Below, piece by piece: positions 48,858 through 58,182 of a DNA stretch of 64,000 nucleotides. The stretch comes from Armatimonadota bacterium (GTDB lineage Bacteria > Armatimonadota > UBA5829 > DSUL01): the NCBI GenBank assembly GCA_039811685.1, contig JBDHZC010000005.1:32001-96000 (forward strand), given 5' to 3'. The notes below the pieces were generated by a model, which worked only from the letters and a program-made list of their open reading frames with translations, ran no database searches and was not told the origin of the DNA. Position 1 is the first letter of the stretch. Every line of letters begins with the position of its first letter. The position numbers were made by a program, and so were the translations under genes.

Positions 48858-49772
48858 ATGACGAAGATGGTAGCGCTGGTTCTAATCTGCGGGTGGTTCG
48901 GCTGGGGTGGTGTCTGTGCTGCGGGGCCGGCTACCCCTGTCACCGCCACAAATGGCTCAGCGACTCGTTCACCGGATTGTGACGAGGCGAGTGTCCCTGA
49001 ATTGATTGCCATCCTTCGTGAGCGTGGAACCTTTGCTGTCCGTGCAGCACAGCTCCTTGCGGATCGCCACGCGACGTCTGCAATTCCGGATCTCGCGCTG
49101 TTGTTGACGGATCCGAAAATCTCTCTGCGGATAAATGCGGCGCGTGCAATGGCGCTCCTGGGAGACCGGAGCGGGTTACCAGTGCTGCGGGCGGCGCTGA
49201 CAGAGGGTGACGATTTCCACGCCTCTATCGCGGCCGCTTTTCTGGCGCAGCTTGGCGACGACAGTGGGCGCGCGGTTTTGGAGAGGGAACTCAGTAGTCA
49301 AAACTGGATCGACCGGAGGCAGGCCCTGTACGCATTGGCGCTTCTTCCGGATGGTCTGTCTGATGTGGCTGTTGCAGCGGCTCTAGAGGACGAAAGGCCG
49401 GAGGTACAAAGAAGCGCGTTTCGTGTGGCCTGGAAAAATGCGTCTGATAGGGTGCGGGAGGTGTTGATTAAAAAGACACAGTCCCCGGATCCGCTTACCC
49501 GCTGGCGGGCGACTGAGGCCCTGTTTATGAGTAACCCGCACCGAAACGCAGAGATTGCTATTGGCATGATTACGGATCCGGACCGCCTCGTACAGGGACA
49601 AACATCCATGATGCTGGCGCATTTCTCCCGTGTGGCTGTGCCTCGGGTGAGCGGGTGGATGAGGAGTGCCGAGCGGGCAAGAGATCTCAAGCAGGCGTAT
49701 CTGGAGTGGCTGGCGGTTAACAGGGACGTGGCGTTCCCGCCAACCGAGCCGGCGCCGCCTGCACCGCAATAG
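48858..49772 (+). CDS. Secreted HEAT-repeat protein
   Basis: SD GGAGG, signal peptide, L.DP...R..AA.A...LGDRSG shared with the other two HEAT genes. Confidence 0.8.
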   Translation: MTKMVALVLICGWFGWGGVCAAGPATPVTATNGSATRSPDCDEASVPELIAILRERGTFAVRAAQLLADRHATSAIPDLALLLTDPKISLRINAARAMALLGDRSGLPVLRAALTEGDDFHASIAAAFLAQLGDDSGRAVLERELSSQNWIDRRQALYALALLPDGLSDVAVAAALEDERPEVQRSAFRVAWKNASDRVREVLIKKTQSPDPLTRWRATEALFMSNPHRNAEIAIGMITDPDRLVQGQTSMMLAHFSRVAVPRVSGWMRSAERARDLKQAYLEWLAVNRDVAFPPTEPAPPAPQ

Positions 49773-49827
49773 CAGCGGCTGCGAGCGGGCAAACGCTCAT
49801 TCAGTCGGAGATACGCACGCAAAAGTA

Positions 49828-49853
49828 AGGGGGCAGCCGGTTGGCCGCCCCCA
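49828..49853. terminator. GC-rich hairpin between the convergent array end and PEP-CTERM gene
   Basis: GGGGGCAGCC-GGTT-GGCCGCCCCC. Confidence 0.5.
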
Positions 49854-49884
49854 ATTGCTTGAATCACGCTGTGGATGAGACGCT

Positions 49885-50775
49885 CTACACCCGCTTGCGG
49901 CGAACCACCCCTGCCAGTGATACCAGGCCGGCTCCCAGCGCGAGCAGGGAACCCGGCTCAGGCACCAGCGTCAGCGAGAAGTCATCAAAGTAGCCAGTCT
50001 GGCTTCCGAACTTTGAGTTCACTTCTATAACATTGTAGCCGTAGTTGAGCACGGAATTATGAGTCAGCGTCGGATTCACCATGTCGTCAATGTAGAACCA
50101 GACGTCGTTTGTGCCGTCGCCGAGCGCAGGCCCAACCACGATGCGCGCCTGATGCCAACCAACGCTTCTGCTGGTGCTGGTGTTGAACCATCCGTTAGGG
50201 CCGCCGTAGCCGTCGCTGGACCCGACAACGCGAGCCTGATACTTGCTGGTATCCCCGGTGCTTTGCGCTCCCAGTGAAAGCCGCTGGATCTTGCTGGCGC
50301 CGGCGTTCAGGCTGCCCGATCCAGGATAGTCAGTGCCGGAAGGCGCCGTGTTGTAATAGCCAAGAGCGACGTAGTCCTTGAAGTTGCCGTCACCCGCGCC
50401 ACCGACGTCGTAGAACCACCAGTCGAGCGTCAGATTCCCGGTAAAGACGTTGCCGCCGTTGAAGCGATAGGCGATATTCAACCAGTTCTGGTCAATGTCT
50501 GCCCCGCCTACGAAGGCTCCGCGAAGCATGTGGTCACCACTGTGGGGCGTGACGCCGCTGTCGGTCGAAACTACCTGTCCGTTTGGCGGGTTGGGGCCGA
50601 ACCAGGGGTTGCCGGACCCGTTTGGCGCCGAGTTCGCGCCACCGGGGGCATTCTTGTCGAGCGCGCCGATATTGGCGCCCTCAAATCCGTCTGTAAAGAC
50701 GGGAGCCGCCTGCGCCGTGAAAGCTGTGGCCACAACCAAAAGTCCCACCGCGCAGAGGAGCATTCCTCTTTTCAT
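49885..50775 (-). CDS. PEP-CTERM sorting-domain surface protein
   Basis: Signal peptide; C-terminal VPEPGSLLALGAGLVSLAGVVRRKRV. Confidence 0.92.
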   Translation of the reverse strand: MKRGMLLCAVGLLVVATAFTAQAAPVFTDGFEGANIGALDKNAPGGANSAPNGSGNPWFGPNPPNGQVVSTDSGVTPHSGDHMLRGAFVGGADIDQNWLNIAYRFNGGNVFTGNLTLDWWFYDVGGAGDGNFKDYVALGYYNTAPSGTDYPGSGSLNAGASKIQRLSLGAQSTGDTSKYQARVVGSSDGYGGPNGWFNTSTSRSVGWHQARIVVGPALGDGTNDVWFYIDDMVNPTLTHNSVLNYGYNVIEVNSKFGSQTGYFDDFSLTLVPEPGSLLALGAGLVSLAGVVRRKRV

Positions 50776-51030
50776 ACTTTCTCCTTCTGTCTGCCTGCAG
50801 TCAGCCGATCTTACGCCGGCTTGCACTCTAGCAGTACACAAACGTACTTAATTTAGAATATCACTGCGTACTTATAGAGTCAACTGGTAATTTGGTGTCA
50901 AAATCTCATCCTTTTTCCAGGTGAAGCGCAGAAAGCGCAGGATGCCTTTACTGTTGCGCGACCGGACCGGTGTCTGACGTATTTGCATTCGGATTGCGCT
51001 AAGGCCACCGCCCGTGGTATACTCCTGCGT

Positions 51031-51048
51031 CTGTGAAAGTCGTCACAG
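51031..51048. promoter_or_regulatory. Putative Rex operator just downstream of a TATACT -10 box
   Basis: CTGTGAAAGTCGTCACAG vs Rex consensus TTGTGAAnnnnTTCACAA; upstream of rex. Confidence 0.65.
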
Positions 51049-51185
51049 GCTTTGCACTTACAGAGACGATGGCCACTTCTTGAGGGCAGAGCCAGCGCAA
51101 CAGAGTTCCACAGACACATAGTTGAGGGTGGAATCAGAACCACGGCCGACTGTGGCAACTCCGCCTGCTGCTCGTAAATGCTCGC

Positions 51186-51818
51186 ATGAACCAACAGACC
51201 CAAAAGGTGCCGGTGCCGACTCTGGAGCGCATGGCAAGATATCTTGCCTGCCTGCTTGATCTCGACGCAAAAAGCGTTGAGACGATCTCTTCCGCGGACA
51301 TGGAGCGCTATACGGACGTCAACGCCGCTCAATTCCGCAAAGATCTCTCGTACTTTGGCGAGTTTGGACGTCCCGGCATCGGCTACAGCGTGCCGGAGCT
51401 CACCCGCCGGATCAGCAAGATTCTAAAAGTGGACAGAGAGCAGCCGGTGCTACTGGTAGGAGCGGGCAATCTGGGGTCGGCGCTTGCGGGCTACCCGAGT
51501 CTCTCCCGGGAACACTTCAGAATCGCTGCGGTTTTCGACAACAATCCCGCCAAGATCGGTCACAAACTCTGGGACGTAGATATTTACGACATTTCGAAGA
51601 TTGCGGAGGTCAATGCGCGGAGCATAGACGCCAGACTCGCCATTATCGCAGTGCCATCCGCAGCAGCTCAACAGGTGGCGGACGCAGTTGTGAAGTGCGG
51701 GGTCACCGCTATTCTCAATTTCGCTCCAGTGACACTGCGAGTTCCGCGTGAAGTGACAGTGCGCAATGTAGATTTTGTGCAGGAGCTTGCCGTACTGTCG
51801 TTTCACCTGGCTCCCTGA
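51186..51818 (+). CDS. rex: Redox-sensing transcriptional repressor Rex
   Basis: P.PTLER...Y, RKDLSYFGEFGRPGIGY, VGAGNLG.AL, ILNFAP. Confidence 0.95.
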   Translation: MNQQTQKVPVPTLERMARYLACLLDLDAKSVETISSADMERYTDVNAAQFRKDLSYFGEFGRPGIGYSVPELTRRISKILKVDREQPVLLVGAGNLGSALAGYPSLSREHFRIAAVFDNNPAKIGHKLWDVDIYDISKIAEVNARSIDARLAIIAVPSAAAQQVADAVVKCGVTAILNFAPVTLRVPREVTVRNVDFVQELAVLSFHLAP

Positions 51819-53333
51819 ATGGCGCGCGTCAGGGATATACGCACTGTCTCGGTGCGTACAAAAATCCTCGTGCCGGTTCTCTTCATTGTTGTCGCTGTCT
51901 TTGCCGCTATTCTCTACGGCGCCGCTCTGGTACTGGAAGCGCAGCGGCACGAATACTCCCGAAGAATTGGTAGAAGAGTCTCCAGCGCTGTTGCTGGCGG
52001 GTTGCACTCCGCTCTGATGACTGGACGCAAAACCGAAGCACAGGAAGCCATCCGGGTTATGCTCTCCGAAGCGGACCTCCCTCCCAGTCAAATCGCTATT
52101 CGCAAGCTGGACGGCGCTTACTGGATTCGCGGCGGCGACAATACAATCCCGCCGCATTCGTTTGCGCTGAAACCGTCTCTAAAGGAGAACTCCAGCCGAG
52201 AGTTCAGCGTTGGCGCTGCCCGTTTCATCAATACCACATCAGTTCTCCCGAATGAGCCTGAGTGTCAAAGCTGTCACAGCCCCGCCACCCGAGTGCTCGG
52301 CTATCTCGAAGTGGACCTTCCCGTGGTCTGGGTGCGCCAGCGCCACCAGGCGACTCTCACGGCTATCGCCGTTATTGCGGGGCTGACGCTTCTGCTGCTG
52401 GCTGTTGCAATCGTTTTGTCCGTCCAGATAGCGGTTGTTACGCCGATCAAGGGTCTGGCAAGCGCTATGACGGTGGTTAAGGGCGGGCATCGCGATGTTC
52501 AGGTGGAAGCCGGACCGGAAGACGAGATCGGCATGCTGAGCAGACGGTTCAACGAGATGGTGGATGAAGTGGCTGAGGCGGAACACTCTCTTGTCGAAAA
52601 AGAGCACCAGCTTGCGCGGGCGGAGAAGCTGGCTGGGATTGGGCTGATGGCTGCGGGAATCGCCCACGAGATAAATAACCCGCTGACCGCTGTGTCGATG
52701 GCCGCGGAGAGTATCAATCTCCCCAACGCCACACAAGAGCAGCGGCAAAGGCTGAGCGCCTACATTCTGGAGGGTACGCGGCGAATCCAGGATATTGTGG
52801 CTGAGCTTCTGACGCTGGATCAGAAGCGAGCTTTGAATGTGACTGAGCAGGACGTTGCGGAGATCGTCCACGCCGCGCTGGCTGGCAGACAGATTCCCGG
52901 TAACATCACGGTGCACGCCAGTTTGGCTCCGGATCTTCCAAAAGTTCACGTGGACTGGGAACGAATTGTGAGGGCAATCGGCAACCTTGTGAAAAACGCT
53001 CTCCAGGCGATGCCTGACGGGGGAGAATTGACTTTGTCTGCAGAAGCTGGAAAAGGCGAGGTACTGATTGACATCAAGGATACAGGTGGAGGTATAGCCC
53101 CCGAACATCTCCACCGCATTTTTGATCCTTTTTTCAGCACGCGGGAGGTCGGAGAAGGCTTTGGACTGGGACTGGCTTTTGCGCACGCTGTGGTGAAGCA
53201 GCACGGGGGGGACATAACAGTCAGCAGCGAACCTGGCCGTGGAACGGCATTTACAATCTCGTTGCCCGTTGAGCCGGGAGCGAACCCAGAGGAACCTGGT
53301 GATTCCAGGGACGTGTCAGAGATGGAGGAATAG
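51819..53333 (+). CDS. HAMP-domain sensor histidine kinase with extracytoplasmic CxxCH
   Basis: Two TMs flanking ECQSCHS; DEIG.L HAMP; AHEINNPL; N, DTGGGI, FDPFFST, GLGL boxes. Confidence 0.92.
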   Translation: MARVRDIRTVSVRTKILVPVLFIVVAVFAAILYGAALVLEAQRHEYSRRIGRRVSSAVAGGLHSALMTGRKTEAQEAIRVMLSEADLPPSQIAIRKLDGAYWIRGGDNTIPPHSFALKPSLKENSSREFSVGAARFINTTSVLPNEPECQSCHSPATRVLGYLEVDLPVVWVRQRHQATLTAIAVIAGLTLLLLAVAIVLSVQIAVVTPIKGLASAMTVVKGGHRDVQVEAGPEDEIGMLSRRFNEMVDEVAEAEHSLVEKEHQLARAEKLAGIGLMAAGIAHEINNPLTAVSMAAESINLPNATQEQRQRLSAYILEGTRRIQDIVAELLTLDQKRALNVTEQDVAEIVHAALAGRQIPGNITVHASLAPDLPKVHVDWERIVRAIGNLVKNALQAMPDGGELTLSAEAGKGEVLIDIKDTGGGIAPEHLHRIFDPFFSTREVGEGFGLGLAFAHAVVKQHGGDITVSSEPGRGTAFTISLPVEPGANPEEPGDSRDVSEMEE

Positions 53334-53340
53334 CAGGGAT

Positions 53341-53961
53341 ATGCCTAAGCGAGTCTGGACAGCAGAGCGTGTTGTCGAGGAAATACAGCAACTCGAGAAA
53401 TCGGGCGTCGATCTGAGGCACGGTTCTGTCCAGGACGAGCACAAGAGGCTGGTAAGCGCGGCGATCCGTTACTTTGGAAGCTGGAGAGCGGCGGTTGAAG
53501 CCTCAGGGCTTGACTATGAAAAGCTGCGGCAGTCCTCTGAAGAGCAGCGCCTTCAGAAGATTGGAAAATGGTCGGAGGAGAGGATTCTTGCGGAAATCAA
53601 GGATCTGAAGGACAAAGGAGACGATCTGCGCGCTGTGATGGTCAAGAACAAGTACCCCGCGCTGTTCTCAGCGGCGGTCAGCCCCAGGTACTTTGGCAAC
53701 TGGCGAAAAGCTCTGACAGCGGCGGGAGTGGACTACGATACAGTGCTGTCCCGGTCCCCGCGCGGGCGTCCAAAAAGGACCGACGTCTGGCACGCAGGGC
53801 TGATTCTGCAGAAAATCCGTGAGATGCATGCGAAGGGGCAGAGCCTGGAGTCCGAGGCGATATCTTCGCACTATCCCCGCCTTCTCCGGCTTGCGACAAT
53901 GCGCTTTGGAAGCTGGCACTCTGCGGTGGATGAGGCCCTCTCAAAAGACAACTCCGCATAG
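53341..53961 (+). CDS. Hypothetical tri-repeat protein, possibly DNA-binding
   Basis: Three W..E....EI / R.FG.W..A repeats; PRGRPKR. Confidence 0.7.
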   Translation: MPKRVWTAERVVEEIQQLEKSGVDLRHGSVQDEHKRLVSAAIRYFGSWRAAVEASGLDYEKLRQSSEEQRLQKIGKWSEERILAEIKDLKDKGDDLRAVMVKNKYPALFSAAVSPRYFGNWRKALTAAGVDYDTVLSRSPRGRPKRTDVWHAGLILQKIREMHAKGQSLESEAISSHYPRLLRLATMRFGSWHSAVDEALSKDNSA

Positions 53962-54050
53962 TTGCGCTCTTTTCTTACGGGCTTCGATATGGCTGACGGC
54001 GCACACAGCGCGGTTGACGTTGCGCGTGCAAAGCTTTATTATACGGTCAC

Positions 54051-54830
54051 GTGAGCAGGGCGCTTTATATCTTCGACCTTGACGGCGTCATCTACCGCGG
54101 AGACACTCCTCAACCCCACGCAGCCGACTGTATCCGGCGATTGACGGCTGCCGGACACGCCATCTATTATCTGACCAACAACGCATCGCGAACGCGCGAG
54201 AGCTTCGCGCAGAAGTTGTCCGCAATGGATATTCCCACCGAACCTCGGCAGGTGATGAACAGCTCGTACGGTACGGTCTTGTGGCTGCGAGAGTTTGGAC
54301 AGGTGGCAAGTACTGTGATGGTTGTGGGGGAGCAAGGCTGTTTTGATGAGTTGAACGCCGGAGGAATGCGGACTGTGACGCCAGGTGACGGGCATCAGCC
54401 AGACTACGTGGTAGTTGGCATTGACCGGAGCTTCACCTACCAGAAGCTCTGGCAGGCTCAGACGGCGATTCTGAACGGCGCTGTTTTCATCGCCACGAAC
54501 CGGGACTCGACTTTCCCGTATGAAAGCGGCATCGCTCCGGGCGCTGGCTCGATTGTTGCGGCAGTCGCGGAGGCAGTGGGACGCCAACCGTTTACAATAG
54601 GCAAACCAGAAACATTTCTGCTGGATCAGGTTATCAAGGATTCGGGAATCGCGCGGGAGCGCGCTATCATGGTGGGAGACCGGCTGGATACAGACATTGC
54701 GGCTGGCAACAGGGCCGGGGTAAAGACTGTACTGGCGCTCGGCGGAGTGGCGAGCCGTGAAGATGCGGCTATCGCTGAAGAGGAAATGCGCCCGCAAGTC
54801 ATCATTGACAATCTCTCGGAGCTTGAGTAG
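54051..54830 (+). CDS. HAD-IIA hydrolase (NagD-like)
   Basis: FDLDGVIY, LTNNA, ATNRD, GKP, GDRLDTDI. Confidence 0.93.
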   Translation: MSRALYIFDLDGVIYRGDTPQPHAADCIRRLTAAGHAIYYLTNNASRTRESFAQKLSAMDIPTEPRQVMNSSYGTVLWLREFGQVASTVMVVGEQGCFDELNAGGMRTVTPGDGHQPDYVVVGIDRSFTYQKLWQAQTAILNGAVFIATNRDSTFPYESGIAPGAGSIVAAVAEAVGRQPFTIGKPETFLLDQVIKDSGIARERAIMVGDRLDTDIAAGNRAGVKTVLALGGVASREDAAIAEEEMRPQVIIDNLSELE

Positions 54831-55517
54831 GTGTCAATTCTGGCAATCGGTGCGGCAGATTCATCTGGCTTGTCCGGGCTTTGGATGTATGCTCACAGCG
54901 CAGAGTGTGACTGCCGGATATTCCCTGTGACCGCGTGCGTGATCGCCAGGAGCAGAGATGGCCGCGTCAAAGCAGTATCCGCAACCCCGCCAACGATTAT
55001 CGCGCGCCAGATTGATGCCGCTACTGAGATAGAGCATCCACAGGCCTGCATCGTCGGGATGCTGGCGCGGCATCAGGCGGTGCACAGGGTGGCGGAACGG
55101 ATTCAGAGGCGAGAGATCTGCAACATTGTCCTGGCGCCGGTGTTAGGGCGCGAAGACGGGCGCGATCTGATGACAGCGCAGGGGATCAAGCAGACCAGAA
55201 GGCAGCTTGTCCCGCTGGCTGATATCATCGTTGGTGATGCGCAGACACTTCAAAGCCTTGCCAACAGTGAACGGGGCGTTGCTGCCGCGGCACAGGCACT
55301 GAGAGATAACGGTGCGAAAAGCGTCATTGCGCTCTGGCAGCAGGCGGACAAGTTTGTCTGCCGCGTGTTTGCCGGGCAAACGGCGCAGTTCTCTCTGGGT
55401 CCGGGAAGCCAGATGGACCAGACGCTCATCGACAGGCTCGCTGTTGCTTCGGCGCTGAGTCTTACGGAGGGCAAGAGCCTCACGGAGCGCCTGAGTCAGT
55501 GGAGCGCCGGGTGTTAG
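54831..55517 (+). CDS. ThiD-like kinase-fold protein (divergent)
   Basis: ILAIGAADSSGLSG, I..QI.A, GML, VLAPV resemble ThiD; catalytic HGTG C-terminal motif not seen. Confidence 0.55.
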   Translation: MSILAIGAADSSGLSGLWMYAHSAECDCRIFPVTACVIARSRDGRVKAVSATPPTIIARQIDAATEIEHPQACIVGMLARHQAVHRVAERIQRREICNIVLAPVLGREDGRDLMTAQGIKQTRRQLVPLADIIVGDAQTLQSLANSERGVAAAAQALRDNGAKSVIALWQQADKFVCRVFAGQTAQFSLGPGSQMDQTLIDRLAVASALSLTEGKSLTERLSQWSAGC

Positions 55518-55617
55518 TCAACTCAGGCTCAGCCGCTGCAGCAGGAAGTGGAATCTGCGTGTGCGGGTAGAGTACGGGGACAAAGAGCTATACGGATTGT
55601 TCGGTGATTTTTAGCAG

Positions 55618-56352
55618 ATGGCTGAGCTGAAACAACAACATTTTGACAGTGGTGAATACTGGATAAAGCGGCACGAAGAGTTCGATCGCTCGCATCAGGC
55701 GACCGGGCTTCTCGGCTCTTCAGAGCGATCCAACACCGTGCTCTACGATCTGCGCAGACAGGCGCTGATGGAGGCGATTGGCTCCGTCGATCTCAGTGGG
55801 CGGCGCGTGCTGGACGCGGGCTGCGGGCTTGGCGACTTCTCCCGGTTTTACAAGGAACGCGGGGCGCTGGTGAGCGGGTGTGATATCTCAGATCTGGCGG
55901 CTGAGAAGTGTCAGCAGGCGGGACTTGGTACTTTCCGGGCCGGACGCTTGAAGGACATCCCCACGCTTTTCCCCGGACAGACCTTTGACATTGTTCACTG
56001 CTTTGACGTCCTGTATCACATTGTGGACGATGAGGAGTGGCGCGAAACGCTGGATGCTTTCGAACAGGTCTCAGGACCAGAAACAGTCTGGTATATTATC
56101 GAGCTTGCGCGGGCGAAAGGGTCTTCTGTTCACGTGAAGGTCCGCGGTACACGTACTTACGGGCAAGAGCTGGCAAAGCGCGGGCGCTTCATCGCGCGTG
56201 ACCGTCGTATCCACTGGTTGCTGAGTGTCTTTCCGCGCCTGCACGCCCTCAATCCCCGGCTGTCCTATGCCTTCGAGCGTCTGACAAAGTGGAGCCCGAC
56301 GGCGAAGGCGCCGAGGGGAGCGCTGTGGACGATAAAGCGGGGGCAGGCATGA
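55618..56352 (+). CDS. Class I SAM methyltransferase
   Basis: VLDAGCGLG, GCDIS, FDIV.C.DVLYHI. Confidence 0.88.
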   Translation: MAELKQQHFDSGEYWIKRHEEFDRSHQATGLLGSSERSNTVLYDLRRQALMEAIGSVDLSGRRVLDAGCGLGDFSRFYKERGALVSGCDISDLAAEKCQQAGLGTFRAGRLKDIPTLFPGQTFDIVHCFDVLYHIVDDEEWRETLDAFEQVSGPETVWYIIELARAKGSSVHVKVRGTRTYGQELAKRGRFIARDRRIHWLLSVFPRLHALNPRLSYAFERLTKWSPTAKAPRGALWTIKRGQA

Positions 56353-56398
56353 TGGCGTATGCAATCAAAGCGATGCACGCAGAAAGGCTTTCTGGTCT

Positions 56399-57139
56399 GT
56401 GGCCTCTTTGCTGAAGGCTCTGAGGCTTGGCGCGGCTTCGGCGCGGGTGAAGGATCCCGCGATGAGCGAAGCGCTTCGCGAGGGCGCATCAGCCTGGGGA
56501 AGTGTGACGGGCTGGTCCATTCATCCGGATGCTCTCGGCGCACTTGCTGAATATGTCCCAGACAGCTCGGTACGTGTAATCGAGTGTGGATCGGGCTACT
56601 CAACCGGCGTCCTGCACCTGTGGGCCCGAAAGCGTAGGGCAGCATGCTCTGTGACCAGCTATGAACACGAGGACGAACAGATTGAGCGTTTGCACAGTGT
56701 TCTGGACGGGGAGGCTCTGAACGGAGTTGTCAAATCCAGCCTCAGCCAGCTCACGGAGCACCGGTTTCGGGAATTGCTTGGGTCCGGCGCAAACGCAGTA
56801 AACTACTGGAAGCAGTGGGCAGACCCTCTTCCACATGACCTCTACTCCACAACCCGCGTCTCCCGCGTCTTCTACACAGAGCTTGCCGAGAATCCGCCAA
56901 CACTTTCAGACGATGAGACGCTGGTGGTCATCCTGGACGGGCCGCACGGCAACGGCCGCTCGGTCGCGTTTCCGATTCTGGCCGCCTCTTCAAAGCGCGA
57001 GTCCATCTGGCTGATTGACGACTACGACCACTACCCCTTTGTTGAGGAGATGAGCCAGGTCTATGCGCTTTCGGATCAGCAGACGCGCCACGAAGGCACA
57101 AAGCGCTGGACTATCGTCCGCGCGACACCAAAGAGCTGA
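56399..57139 (+). CDS. Hypothetical, methyltransferase-like
   Basis: VIECGSGYST, SYEH, ILDGP, IDD. Confidence 0.65.
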   Translation: MASLLKALRLGAASARVKDPAMSEALREGASAWGSVTGWSIHPDALGALAEYVPDSSVRVIECGSGYSTGVLHLWARKRRAACSVTSYEHEDEQIERLHSVLDGEALNGVVKSSLSQLTEHRFRELLGSGANAVNYWKQWADPLPHDLYSTTRVSRVFYTELAENPPTLSDDETLVVILDGPHGNGRSVAFPILAASSKRESIWLIDDYDHYPFVEEMSQVYALSDQQTRHEGTKRWTIVRATPKS

Positions 57140-57147
57140 GAGGCGAC

Positions 57148-58167
57148 TTGAAAGTCCTGCACGCCGGGATATTCCAGGATCATGAGCTTGGCGGGGACAT
57201 CATCCTTGAAAAGGGTCTGCAGCAGAACGGCTGCGAAGTCGAACGCTTCGAGTTTCGTGAACTAGCACAGCGCGAAGGACCGGAAGCGATGAACCGCGCG
57301 CTGTTGGAGCATGGAGGCGACGCGGATCTGGTTTTTATCGGCAAGGGCAATTTCATTCGCCCGGAGACGCTTCGCGCCCTGCGCGGCAAAGGGGCGCAGG
57401 TTGCCGTGTGGTACGGGGACATCCGGCCGGAGCCCGAGCCGTGGCTGGTGGAGCTTCTTGGGGAGGTGGACGTCTTCTTCATGACCAGTGGTGGAGAGAT
57501 GCTGCGCCGGCACAAGGAGATGAGCGGTTGTGGACGTGCAGCCTACTTTTTCAACCCGACCGACCCCGAGCTTCCGGTCAAGTACAGCTATCTGCCGCGG
57601 GGAACGCAAAACGTCGTGTGGACGGGAACGATGCACGATGTCGCACAGACAGAGCGCCGCCAGACGCTGGAGTATCTTCAGACGCGCGCAGACGTCGCCT
57701 TCTACGGATTTGAGCGTCCGCGCAGCGCACTTGCGCGGCTCGCGCGGCGAGTCCAGCGGAAAATCCGCCCGAAGGGGCCGCCTCTGGTGCGCGGGGAAGC
57801 CTACATCACGGCTATCAAGAGCGCGAAAATCGGCGTGGGCGTCAGCGCGCTGCAAAATGTGACCCGCTACTCAAGCGACCGCATCTCTCACTACCTCACC
57901 TTCGGGACGTTCTACCTGGCGTGGCGCTTCCCGGAGGCAGAGCGCCTCTTTGAGCCGGGCACGGAATTGGTGACTTTTGACAGCGTAGGCGAGCTTCACC
58001 GCAAGATTGAATACTTTCTTGCCAACCCGCAGGAGCGGGAGGCCATAGCGTGGGCTGCTCAGAAGCGAGCGCTGGAGCAGTACAACACGCGGGCTGTCAC
58101 GAAGATGATGTTGGACATCCTGCAGAAAGGCCGCAGCGGGGTCTTTGAATGGGAGGAAGTCCTCTAG
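57148..58167 (+). CDS. Glycosyltransferase (CgeB-like)
   Basis: SDRI..L..G.F, FEPGTELV.F, KIEYFL.NP.ERE.IA. Confidence 0.85.
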   Translation: MKVLHAGIFQDHELGGDIILEKGLQQNGCEVERFEFRELAQREGPEAMNRALLEHGGDADLVFIGKGNFIRPETLRALRGKGAQVAVWYGDIRPEPEPWLVELLGEVDVFFMTSGGEMLRRHKEMSGCGRAAYFFNPTDPELPVKYSYLPRGTQNVVWTGTMHDVAQTERRQTLEYLQTRADVAFYGFERPRSALARLARRVQRKIRPKGPPLVRGEAYITAIKSAKIGVGVSALQNVTRYSSDRISHYLTFGTFYLAWRFPEAERLFEPGTELVTFDSVGELHRKIEYFLANPQEREAIAWAAQKRALEQYNTRAVTKMMLDILQKGRSGVFEWEEVL

Positions 58168-58182
58168 CAGGCGTCACGGGCT

